Assembly (NCBI GenBank): GCA_963740315.1
Contig: CAVUDP010000002.1
Coordinates: 3,904,001 to 3,968,000 of the forward strand
Source of the DNA: an uncultured cyanobacterium
GTDB taxonomy: Bacteria > Cyanobacteriota > Cyanobacteriia > Cyanobacteriales > Nostocaceae
Length of the DNA: 64,000 nucleotides
Direction of reading: 5' to 3'
Both the position numbers and the translations under genes were made by a program. Shown in pieces: positions 30,190 through 39,768 of the stretch. Positions within the stretch are counted from its first letter, which is position 1, and every line of letters starts with the position of its first letter. Below the pieces are notes generated by a model. That model searched no databases and was not told the origin of the DNA. It was given only the letters and a program-made list of their open reading frames with translations.

Positions 30190-31767
30190 ATGATGAATTT
30201 AAATAATTTACCATTACTATTTGACAGCAAACAAACTGTTGTTGCAATAGAAAGCCCTATTACTGAAAGATTTAAAATACTAGAGTTTATTCATGAATTA
30301 GCCCAAAATATTTGTTTACCATTGTATTTTTGGAATGAGGGCTATTCTAATTTACATCTGTTCAAGAATAATCGACAACTTATATCTACTCAGCACAAAT
30401 GTATTTCAGGATTAAATTGGTTATTACAAAATCCTGATATACCAGGAATATTTGTTTTTGAAGGTGTAATTTCACCTGATACTAAAATTGGTAAATTGTC
30501 TGGGCAAACAGAGATGATGCTAAGTAATTTAGTTTATGACTTAGCTGCAAATTCTGTTCCAAAATTTCTCATATGTATGGAAAGCTATGTTGAACTTCCT
30601 CACTCTTTAGCACCTTTAATTCCAACATTAATCAATCCGTTACCTAGTCCATCAGATATTAAAACCCTTGTTCAAAACTTTTGTGATACAAAATTTTCTA
30701 CAAATAATATTAAATCTGAAACTTTAGTCCGTACTTGTTTGGGTTTACCGCTTGGTGAATTAGAAATGTTACTGAAACGTTTATCTAGATTTACTAATAC
30801 CTTAGAAGAATTAATTGATGGAGTATTGGATTATAAGAAGAGCAAGCTAAAAGGTCAGGGTGTGGAGTTTATAAGCGAACCAGATGTACCGAACGCTGCT
30901 GGCTTAGACTTATTGTCAGAAATTTTAGAACGTGCTGCGGTACTACTTAAACCAGAAGCACAACAACATAACCTTAGCTTCCCAAAAGGTATGATTCTTT
31001 GGGGACCACCAGGAACGGGTAAATCTTTAAGTGCGAAATTGGCAGCGAAGAAAATGGGTGTCCCAATGGTTGCTGCTGATTGGGCTGGGTTACGGGGCGC
31101 TACTGCATACGAATCAAGGAAGAATTTACGAGAGTTTTTACAATTTTGTGATGCGAATGGAGAACATGGTTTAGTCCTCTACTTTGATGACTTCGAGAAG
31201 GGATTCGCTGGCTTCGATTCCGATTCGGACGGTGGTGTATCGCGTCAATTAGCGGGGAAACTGCTTACTTGGATGCAAGAGAGAACATCACAAGTGTTAG
31301 TTATGGCTACCGTTAATAGATTAGAGTTTCTACCTCCGGAATTGATACGCCGTTTTGATGAGATTATTTTCGTAGACCTACCCCATGCTGGAGCAAGGTA
31401 TGAGATATTCAAATTGCATTTAGCTAAATACTTTCCAGGTCTGGATTTTTGCGAAAAAGATTGGTTACGCTTGATAAGAGAGACGAAGCTACTTACTCCG
31501 GCAGAAATCGCGCTGATGGTGAGAAAAACGGCTGAGGAAGTATTTTATCGAAATACTCAAAAGTTTCTTACTTCTGAACTTGCAAAACAACCTTTAAATG
31601 TAAGCGTAAGGGATTTTTTAGAAACGCGATCGCAATTTACTCCCAGCATGATTCGGGAAGAAGATAAAATTGTGGAGATTCGTAATAAAGCTGCTTACGC
31701 TCGTCCGGCTGCATCACCAGATACAAGTAGGTGGGCTAAAGAACCGGAGGTTTTATTTGGCAGTTGA
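30190..31767 (+). CDS. AAA+ ATPase (Ycf46-like architecture)
   Basis: GPPGTGKSLSAK, YFDDFEKGF, LLTWMQE, ATVNR..LPPELIRRFDE. Confidence 0.85.
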   Translation: MMNLNNLPLLFDSKQTVVAIESPITERFKILEFIHELAQNICLPLYFWNEGYSNLHLFKNNRQLISTQHKCISGLNWLLQNPDIPGIFVFEGVISPDTKIGKLSGQTEMMLSNLVYDLAANSVPKFLICMESYVELPHSLAPLIPTLINPLPSPSDIKTLVQNFCDTKFSTNNIKSETLVRTCLGLPLGELEMLLKRLSRFTNTLEELIDGVLDYKKSKLKGQGVEFISEPDVPNAAGLDLLSEILERAAVLLKPEAQQHNLSFPKGMILWGPPGTGKSLSAKLAAKKMGVPMVAADWAGLRGATAYESRKNLREFLQFCDANGEHGLVLYFDDFEKGFAGFDSDSDGGVSRQLAGKLLTWMQERTSQVLVMATVNRLEFLPPELIRRFDEIIFVDLPHAGARYEIFKLHLAKYFPGLDFCEKDWLRLIRETKLLTPAEIALMVRKTAEEVFYRNTQKFLTSELAKQPLNVSVRDFLETRSQFTPSMIREEDKIVEIRNKAAYARPAASPDTSRWAKEPEVLFGS

Positions 31768-31828
31768 AAAGTATCAAGTGGAATACTTTTAAGTTCAGCA
31801 TCCACTTGTTGCAAGCAAGCTAGTTTTA

Positions 31829-32609
31829 CTATTGAGTATTTTCTCTTACCGTTTCTACATCTAAATCGAGAGATTCTGCAATTTGTTCAATACTTAAACC
31901 TAGCTTAATTAGTTTAGGAATTGTCTCCAGCTTATTTTTGAGAATTCCTTCCTCTACTCCTTCTTGATAAACTTTACTTTTCTTCAAAGAATCTAAGTTC
32001 AACATAGTCTCTATTTCCTCCACGCTCAAACTTGAAAATTTGTCAATCACCACTGCCTTTATAAATTCTAAGACTTTTTCCTCCAAAGTGGCATCGGTTA
32101 GCTCTTGTCGAGCTTGACTCATCAACTGTCTTGCAAATTCACCAGTTTTTTCTTGGCTTTTATTCTCGACTATTAAGCGCATAACTCCCACCGACAGCGA
32201 TGTTTCTGAAGTTTTTGCTAATTCATCAAGATAAAAACGACGCAGATGCGGTAATAAGAAATTTAAGTAGCCAGGGAAATTACCTTCACTACTTTTTGCA
32301 TCATAGATAACTATGGCATACCATTCTTCATTTGGAGGTTGGTACGCTCGTTAAATAAAGAATAATTTCAGCAGCAAGTTGATTGTAAAAATTATCATCT
32401 TTGTAGGAATGAGCCTCTAAAAAATAAATTGCTTCCGAAGGGTGATTTTCGGGAGTTAAAAGTAAACCATCTAAACGAAAGCCCCTTTGTTTGATTTCTG
32501 GGGCGCTGAATTTATAGACGCTTGGGTCTTTCTCTGGTTGACCAATTAATTCAAAGAATAATTCAGGTATTTCCTTGAATACTTCGTAGAAAAGCGGGTC
32601 GGCAGTCAT
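31829..32609 (-). pseudogene. Rpn-family (DUF2887-like) protein with a +1 frameshift near 32352
   Basis: D.LFYE.F...PELFFELIG, EIKQ..FRLDG; after one extra A the frame continues RAYQPPNEEWYAIVIYD into ORF 31829..32191. Confidence 0.75.
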
Positions 32610-32796
32610 GCACTTTTTACTGGTTACATTATCAATGTTATTAGTCTACAACGTTTTGTTTTCTGTGTTAGTAATAATGTACTTAGCAACGCCTAAAATT
32701 TTTAGCCTACTTTTAGTTTCTTAAGTTACTTGTAGTTAAAAATGATTTTATTACAGGGACATTCTCTTCATTAATCACAATATATATTATTAACAG

Positions 32797-32812
32797 TATC
32801 ACTATTGTGATA
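32797..32812. promoter_or_regulatory. Second copy of the palindromic operator, upstream of the 32892-VirD4 unit
   Basis: TATCACTATTGTGATA, followed like the 18617 copy by TTTACGTCA. Confidence 0.55.
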
Positions 32813-32891
32813 AACATATTTACGTCAATAGTAAATCACTTTTATTCAGGAAATTGACTAAAAATAATAAATAATATATCAACACAGATGA

Positions 32892-34052
32892 ATGAAAATT
32901 GCTCAATTTATCACTTTGAAAGCTATTTCTATTCTCGCCGCTTCCATTAGTATCTACTCAAGTTCAACTTTTGCACAAAGCCAAACTAATTTACCTACCC
33001 GTATGATTTCTTCAGAGGGAGGTAAGCAGGTATTACTACCTGACTGGCAAAGAATTTCATTTAACAATATGCCACCAATACAAGAAAGTGGTTCAATAAA
33101 AGCGAACGGATTATCTCGTGAATGGAATGCAGGGGATACTCCTGATAGATATTTAACTTTAGGAGATATTGATGAAACATTGAAACCACAATTATTTAGC
33201 CTTAGTAATATTACAAGTGTTTCCAATGATTCCAATTTAAACACTTCTAACTTAGAAGATTTTCCATTATTAGGAGAACAAACAATAGAAAATTTAGCAG
33301 AAGTAGTACCAAACTTAGGACAAACTAATATAGAGGAAATTCCACCCATAACTGCGCTCTTAAAAACAGAATCTCATCAAACTAATACCAACACAACTCT
33401 ATCAAATCTTGTATCCCAAAATCCGACTTTAGGAGAGCTAAAACTCAACCAAATAGATTTATCAACATACACAATTTCTGATATCCCGAACCTTGATGCA
33501 GTAGAGTTATCTAATTTCAAAGGTTGGGAAAATACTTTAATTAAAGACGTTCCCCAATTAAACGCTGTACCTTTAGCTTCTTTCCCTCTTCCTTTAAAAG
33601 AAGCAGGTAATAAAGTTGCCAGAATAGATTTTATCTGGGGTCGTGCTGAAAAACGTCGTCAACGCACGGTATCTGGTTCTGATGTTGCAGGTTTTTCTGT
33701 GCCATGTGAAGGTGAAGATTGTCCGCATATTGAACTTGATGATTTAGAAAATTCAGGACGTAATATTAGAGGTAAATTTGAAGGACGCTCTTGGATTAGC
33801 GGAAAATATCAAAAAGTGGAAGGTGGTTGGGGTTGTTTAAAATCAGTAAATGGAGGCAAGGAACCCACTGGAAGATTACCTTATGGAAGCGCTTTTAAAG
33901 TAGTAGTTATGGAGCCATATGAGACGACTGATACTGTTAACACAGCCCTATTCTTTCGCTTCAAAAATGTCTGTGGAGCTACACCATATTTTATTGGTCC
34001 AGTTCCGTTTTTTACTTATGAAGTTAATGCACCTATTTTTATTGGAGACTGA
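32892..34052 (+). CDS. Secreted protein associated with cyanobacterial T4SS
   Basis: Signal peptide ending TFA; IP.L repeats; C-terminal Cys-containing domain (GKEPTGR, TPYFIGPVP). Confidence 0.6.
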   Translation: MKIAQFITLKAISILAASISIYSSSTFAQSQTNLPTRMISSEGGKQVLLPDWQRISFNNMPPIQESGSIKANGLSREWNAGDTPDRYLTLGDIDETLKPQLFSLSNITSVSNDSNLNTSNLEDFPLLGEQTIENLAEVVPNLGQTNIEEIPPITALLKTESHQTNTNTTLSNLVSQNPTLGELKLNQIDLSTYTISDIPNLDAVELSNFKGWENTLIKDVPQLNAVPLASFPLPLKEAGNKVARIDFIWGRAEKRRQRTVSGSDVAGFSVPCEGEDCPHIELDDLENSGRNIRGKFEGRSWISGKYQKVEGGWGCLKSVNGGKEPTGRLPYGSAFKVVVMEPYETTDTVNTALFFRFKNVCGATPYFIGPVPFFTYEVNAPIFIGD

Positions 34053-34257
34053 AGGTAAGGAGTGAGGGAGTGAGGGAGTGAGGGAGTGAGAAATTTTTAT
34101 AGTTAATCTTAAAACAGGATATGAGTAGTAGTTTTTTAACAAAAAGTGTACGCTTTCTCATTTATTTTAATCTTAGTTTTGGAATTATCTTATTAATCGT
34201 AACCTTATTGATATATAGGCTTTAACAATTATTTTTAAGCATAAAAAATATTCAGAT

Positions 34258-36081
34258 ATGAATAAATATATATTATTGTCTGAGAATAGTACTAGTAAAA
34301 CTGTCATTGAACAAAAACCAAATGGGATAAAGTCAAGTCTTGATATAAATGGACTTTTCAAGACTTTCGCTAATCCCGAAGGTTTAGCAATGATAGGAAT
34401 TTTAGTATTCTTATTCATATTAAGTCAATTTTCTAGTGGTAAAAAAGGTAAGATTTCTACGGGAAGAGTAGTAGGAAGAGGAGAAAAACTAGCTGCAACA
34501 AACCTCGCTCTTAAACAAATTGAAGAACGCAATCACAATAAGGTAACTTTTTGGTGTGGTTCACCTCGCTATTGGTTCTCTGGTAGATTTAGAAAATTTG
34601 GTGCATCACTTCAAACTTTCCTTGGAGCATCACCAACCGTTTGGATTCCCCATGCGGAACGTTCTACTCTTGTTCTTGGCGCTCCTGGTTCTGGTAAAAC
34701 TTTCGGCACTATTGACCGTATGGCAGAAAGTTGTATGATGCAAGGTTTTCCCCTAATTGTCTATGACAAGAAAGGCGACCAAATGAAATTACTCGCACCA
34801 CTTGCAGCACGCTATGGTTACGATGTGCGAATATTTGCTCCTGGTGAACCGTACAGCGAAGTAATCAACCCGCTCGATTTTATGGAGAATCAGGAAGACT
34901 CGGTGAGTGCAGGACAAATTGCTCAGGTAATAAATGCAAATGCTGGTGGTAGCGGTAAAGGTGATGAGTTTTTCTCAAAAGCTGCTGATTTATTAGCTAA
35001 AGCACTAATTCAGTTGGCAAAGGGTAGCGATTGTCCGGATTTAGCAACCGTTTACTGCATCCAGTCAGTTGATGATTTTATCAACAAATTACACGCAGCA
35101 GTACAAGCAGGCACAGTTTCTCGTTGGGTTGCTGCTTCGTTTCAACAATATCTAAAAGCAAAGGATAGCGAGAAAACTATCGCAAGCATTGACACAACCA
35201 CAGTGGGAATATTTTCTGCTTTTATCCAAAGGTCGCTTCTTTCTTCTTTCATTGGTAAAAGTACAATTTCTACCAAATTATCAGGAAAACAAATCCTGAT
35301 TTTTAAATTAGATGACCCCAGACGTGATGTGGTCGGACCATTGCTTGCAGCTGCACTTCATATGACAATTGTCAGCAATTTATGTACTCCCAGAAAAGAT
35401 CCACTGGGAATATTTATCGACGAATTACCATCGCTCTACCTCAAAGCATTACCCCAATGGATTAACGAGTACAGAAGTAACGGAGCTTGTTTTGTTCTGG
35501 GTGTTCAATCTTTAGAACAACTAGCTAATACATATGGTGAAAATTTAGCAGCTGCTATAACTAGCGCTTGCAGTACTAAAGTTCTCTACAACCCAGCAAA
35601 TTACTCAACTGCGGATAAGTTTTCTCAGTCCTTTGGACACAAAGAATTCATTGTCAAAAATAAATCTATCAGTGATTCCAAGGAAGGACGAACGGTAACT
35701 TGGACGGATAATTTGCAAACAATGCCAATTCTCACTCCAGATGAAATTATGCGCTTCCCGCAAGGAAAATGCGTGATTACCAATCCTGGTTATACATCCG
35801 GAGCAGAAGGTTCAATTCCCTATCCTTTAACTATCCCCATTCCTTTTGCAGATATAGAGCGAATAAATAGAAGCGAGCAACTTTGGTCGGAGCAAATTTA
35901 TCCAAGATTACTTGTGCGCTCCCCGATTGGTGATGTTAATCAATTAGATGAAGCTATAGATTTGAGAGAGCGAATTGCACAGCAACTTTTAACTACTGGG
36001 GAACATTCAGTATCTACACTCAATCAAGTAGATAGCAAAGAAATAGAATTAATTAGCCCTCATAGTAATGAGGTTTGGTAG
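34258..36081 (+). CDS. virD4: Type IV coupling protein (VirD4/TraD)
   Basis: N-terminal TM, GAPGSGKT, YDKKG, FIDELPSL, RSNG...LGVQSLEQL...YG. Confidence 0.88.
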   Translation: MNKYILLSENSTSKTVIEQKPNGIKSSLDINGLFKTFANPEGLAMIGILVFLFILSQFSSGKKGKISTGRVVGRGEKLAATNLALKQIEERNHNKVTFWCGSPRYWFSGRFRKFGASLQTFLGASPTVWIPHAERSTLVLGAPGSGKTFGTIDRMAESCMMQGFPLIVYDKKGDQMKLLAPLAARYGYDVRIFAPGEPYSEVINPLDFMENQEDSVSAGQIAQVINANAGGSGKGDEFFSKAADLLAKALIQLAKGSDCPDLATVYCIQSVDDFINKLHAAVQAGTVSRWVAASFQQYLKAKDSEKTIASIDTTTVGIFSAFIQRSLLSSFIGKSTISTKLSGKQILIFKLDDPRRDVVGPLLAAALHMTIVSNLCTPRKDPLGIFIDELPSLYLKALPQWINEYRSNGACFVLGVQSLEQLANTYGENLAAAITSACSTKVLYNPANYSTADKFSQSFGHKEFIVKNKSISDSKEGRTVTWTDNLQTMPILTPDEIMRFPQGKCVITNPGYTSGAEGSIPYPLTIPIPFADIERINRSEQLWSEQIYPRLLVRSPIGDVNQLDEAIDLRERIAQQLLTTGEHSVSTLNQVDSKEIELISPHSNEVW

Positions 36082-36088
36082 AGACATG

Positions 36089-36187
36089 AAGAAGGCAGTT
36101 GGCAGTCGGCAGTCGGCAGTGGGAAAAAATAATTAAGACTTAGGTAACTGGTGGTAACAATTATTTTTTCATGGGGACTGCCTTCTT
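36089..36187. repeat. ~100-bp hairpin-forming dispersed repeat, copy 1
   Basis: AAGAAGGCAGT...ACTGCCTTCTT ends, GGCAGTC heptamers, inner GAAAAAATAATT/AATTATTTTTTC; similar copy at 48641-48734. Confidence 0.7.
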
Positions 36188-36998
36188 AATAAAACTATAT
36201 TTTTGTCATTGAGAAGTCGAATACAGTTAATATATAGCAGTTAGCTAGATACTTGATATCGCCAAAAAAGCATTAAAAAGCTAAATATTGACTTATTATC
36301 ACAGTATTTATAACTATTGTGCAACTTTCTAAACTGTCACCGAAGTATTTTGTATTACTATTCTCTTGAATCCAAAATTATATAAGCATAGTTACAAAGT
36401 TTTCTCTTGTAAGAAATTATTCTCAGTATATACCTTGTTTTTATCTAGTTAAAGAAAAAATCCACATAGCAAATGACTTATCTCTTGATTACTCTTGTTT
36501 TGTCACAGATTTAACGACTTATAGTAGTGGCTCCTCCCGATTTTTCTACCTGTATAGAATTTGAATATTTTTAATATAGTTTGTATATCAAATAATACAT
36601 CCGATTAGTATTTTCTTTGTATCAATAAAAACGATTAGACTACACAATTTTAAAATAATTTGATTGATTAATTTTTGTCGTATTTTTTTGTATCACTTAT
36701 GATGGGTAAGAACATCGAATTCCGGACAGATTAGAGTTTCGTCGAAACGTAAAATTTTCTTAAGAAATAAGAATTATTTATTCATCAAAGTGCATCGATA
36801 ATTATCAGTTAATCACGAAGTTTGTCTAGATAAAAGTTCGATATTTCTCTCCTAAATCCGCTTTGTGTTTATAACTAATTGAGGTCAAGGTATATAGTGG
36901 TGGCAATATATTAAATTGCCACTATTGTTGAAACCATTATATGGAGGGCGGGTTTTTCCATCACTAAGACCTATGGTGGAATATTCGCGTGAATAAAA

Positions 36999-37379
36999 AT
37001 GACAAATTCGAGTCAACTATTCTCTAAAAAATATCTTCAAGATGGGGATTTTTTAGTAGCTATTGAGCGCATCAAAATAAAGCACAAATTATTTAGAGTC
37101 ATTGCTTATAAATTAGCGACTGGGGAGACTGCTATTACAACTCGACAAATGGCAGTTTCTGTTAAAAAACCATCTTACACGGCTCGTCAATTTATGCGGA
37201 AGATGGGAGTTGAGCCAGTTCGAGTTCAAATGCCCAATCGCTCGGTGACAGATATGATTTCCATTTCAATCGTCATGGCTTTTTGGAAATCTCTAAACGA
37301 ATCTGGTGAGGGGAATCCACTTACCAAAATAGGTCAAAAATATTTGGACGAATATTTAACTGAATCCGAAGTCAGTTAG
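36999..37379 (+). CDS. Hypothetical, possibly DNA-binding protein at the head of the replication operon
   Basis: 126-aa basic ORF upstream of the initiator. Confidence 0.55.
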   Translation: MTNSSQLFSKKYLQDGDFLVAIERIKIKHKLFRVIAYKLATGETAITTRQMAVSVKKPSYTARQFMRKMGVEPVRVQMPNRSVTDMISISIVMAFWKSLNESGEGNPLTKIGQKYLDEYLTESEVS

Positions 37380-37438
37380 AGAGGAGTGGGGGAGGGGAAG
37401 AGGAGGGAGGGAGTGAGAGAGGGAGAGAGGGAGGGAGG
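37378..37438 (+). repeat. G-rich octamer short tandem repeat (GGGAGTGA/GAGAGGGA type); representative of many copies
   Basis: Similar tracts at ~20495, 26458, 28250, 30118, 34058, 44262, 45754, and reverse copies at ~28461 and 44512. Confidence 0.85.
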
Positions 37439-37494
37439 ATTTTGATGAAATTTTTTGACTTCTGGCTTCAAGTAAACTAAGCAAATCTAGCTAT

Positions 37495-38418
37495 ATGGTA
37501 CTTCAAACACAGACAAATGCTATCTCAGATGGCATTCACAAGAGTGTGGAAACAAACGGTTTCTATCAAACACCTAATTCAATGGCTATCAAAGCTATTC
37601 GTGGAAAATTGACTGCTGCTGATTGGGCTTTATGGTCTTATTTACAAATGATAGACCCTTTTGGAGACAAGATGATTGAATTACCGAAAATTCCAGAAAT
37701 AGCTGAAGCTATAGGAATAAGCTCGCGACAAATCAAACGCTCTCTTTCGCGTTTGGAAGAATTAGAGCTTTATGTTTGGGAACCTATTTTAGTTCGCGGT
37801 CAAAATTTAGCTGGTAAAAAAGCGAAAGAGCTTTGTCAACAGAAAAGAATAAATAAATCCTCTGAAAAAAATAAAATGACAGATTTGTCCGACTCTGGAC
37901 AATCCTGTCCAAATGATGACAGAATTGTCCAAGTTGTGACAGATTTGTCAAAAAATGGACAGAATTGTCCAAATCGAGAGCCAGAACCCTTGCCTAGCAA
38001 TGGCTCTAAATCCCCTCAGACTTATTCAGACTTTATACAGACTCTCTCAGAAGGCGAGAGAGAAAATTTTTTGGAATTTTCAAAAAAGAAAGCTGCCTCA
38101 TTACCAAAACCTCCGCAACTAACTATCAAGTGGATTGAAGCCAACTTTGAAGATTTACATTGCCAATGGTTGGACACGAAGAAGCAAAATTGTAAATATA
38201 ACTTCGAGGCTTACAGCGAATCGCAGCACAAAATGTGGTATAGACAACTGCAAGTTGTTGTGGAAGGAGCAATAAAGCTCGGCGATGATAAAAATTTACA
38301 GCTATTTTTCAAAGACGATTTTTACAAATGCTGGTTCAATTGGGCGAAATCAACCCGTGCAGATGTCCGCGAACTTTTAGCAAATAGTCCAATACTGGAG
38401 CAGAAGGATTATGAATGA
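37495..38418 (+). CDS. Putative phage-type replication initiator with HTH
   Basis: HTH IPEIAEAIGISSRQIKRSLSRL; internal iterons; overlaps the dnaB start; shares QTYSDFIQTLSEGERENFLEF with 2969..3739. Confidence 0.65.
   Translation: MVLQTQTNAISDGIHKSVETNGFYQTPNSMAIKAIRGKLTAADWALWSYLQMIDPFGDKMIELPKIPEIAEAIGISSRQIKRSLSRLEELELYVWEPILVRGQNLAGKKAKELCQQKRINKSSEKNKMTDLSDSGQSCPNDDRIVQVVTDLSKNGQNCPNREPEPLPSNGSKSPQTYSDFIQTLSEGERENFLEFSKKKAASLPKPPQLTIKWIEANFEDLHCQWLDTKKQNCKYNFEAYSESQHKMWYRQLQVVVEGAIKLGDDKNLQLFFKDDFYKCWFNWAKSTRADVRELLANSPILEQKDYE
37877..37970. repeat. Five palindromic 14-mers at exact 20-bp period (candidate iterons/origin)
   Basis: TGACAGATTTGTCC, GGACAATCCTGTCC, TGACAGAATTGTCC, TGACAGATTTGTCA, GGACAGAATTGTCC at 37877, 37897, 37917, 37937, 37957. 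Confidence 0.78.
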
Positions 38419-39757
38419 AAATTTCAGTTTTGGCTTTAATAACAAGCTACTTCCCCAAAATATCGAAGCAGAGGAAGCGATTTTGGGTGGCATATTGCTT
38501 GACCCTTCCGCGATTGCTAGAGTCAAAGACATTCTTGTTGCAAAAGCTTTTTACATAAGCGCCCATCGCGATATTTATATCGCTGCCCTAGAACTTCATG
38601 ACAAAGGCAATCCCACGGATTTACTCGCAGTTATTAATTGGCTATCTGACCATAATCAACTTTCAAAAATTGGTGGTAGGAATAAATTAGCTTCGCTTGT
38701 AGACCGGACTGTATCCGCAGTTAACATCGATGCCTTAGCGCAATTGGTGATGGATAAATACTACCGAAGGCAATTGATTCATGTAAGCGGCGAAATTTTC
38801 GAGCTGGCGCACGACCAAACTCAAGAAATGGGTAAACAGTTAGAAACAGCATTTACAAAGGTTTTAGAGGTAAATAACAGCGCTATCGCGTCACAATCAG
38901 AGCCAACCTCATTATCGTCTATCCTGATGGATGCCTTTGAACGTATTGAAGAAAGAAATATGGGTACAAGGTCATCTGGGATAACAACTGGATTTTGTCA
39001 CCTGAATGCCATGCTAGGGGGATTTAAACCAGAAAAACTTATAACAATCGCTGGTCGTCCGGCAATGGGGAAATCATCATTTTTAGGCAATTTAGCTTTT
39101 AACATTTCATCGCTAGAATCACTGCCAACCGTAATTTTTAGCCTTGAGATGGGTAAGGAAGAATGGGGTGATAGATTTTTATCTCAAGATGTTTCTATCG
39201 AATCAATTCATCTGCAAAACGGTTCTATTAGTAAATCTCAATGGCATCCTTTAGCGAAATCAATTAGTAAATTAAGCGAACTGCCTATTTACATTGACGA
39301 TTCGCCTGTATTAACTGTTAATTTGATTCGTTCAAAAGTTAAACAACTTATTGCTAAATACAGTCGCATTGGTATGGTTGGAATTGACTATTTGCAATTA
39401 ATGGAAGGAACGGATGGTGATAATTATAATCTTGCTTTTCAAATAGGAAAAATTACCCGAGGTTTAAAACAATTAGCACGCGAATGTAACACTACTGTTG
39501 TCATATTGTCACAGTTAAATCGCGGTGTAGAAAGTCGAAATATTAAACGTCCTATAATGTCAGACTTGAGAGAATCTGGAAGAATTGAAGAAGATTCGGA
39601 TTTAGTATTACTCCTTTACCGTGATGAATATTATCACCCCGATACGGTTGATAGAGGTATTGCAGAAGTAATTATTGCCAAAAATAGGGGTGGACCAACA
39701 GGAACTATAAAACTGCTATTTGACGCACAATTTACTTGTTTTAAAAATTTGACTTGA
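38411..39757 (+). CDS. dnaB: Replicative DNA helicase, element-encoded
   Basis: PQNIEAEEAILG, GRPAMGKS, FSLEM, IDYLQLM, LSQLNRGVESR, SDLRESG, KNRGGPTG. Confidence 0.95.
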   Translation: MNENFSFGFNNKLLPQNIEAEEAILGGILLDPSAIARVKDILVAKAFYISAHRDIYIAALELHDKGNPTDLLAVINWLSDHNQLSKIGGRNKLASLVDRTVSAVNIDALAQLVMDKYYRRQLIHVSGEIFELAHDQTQEMGKQLETAFTKVLEVNNSAIASQSEPTSLSSILMDAFERIEERNMGTRSSGITTGFCHLNAMLGGFKPEKLITIAGRPAMGKSSFLGNLAFNISSLESLPTVIFSLEMGKEEWGDRFLSQDVSIESIHLQNGSISKSQWHPLAKSISKLSELPIYIDDSPVLTVNLIRSKVKQLIAKYSRIGMVGIDYLQLMEGTDGDNYNLAFQIGKITRGLKQLARECNTTVVILSQLNRGVESRNIKRPIMSDLRESGRIEEDSDLVLLLYRDEYYHPDTVDRGIAEVIIAKNRGGPTGTIKLLFDAQFTCFKNLT

Positions 39758-39768
39758 GGATACAAAAA

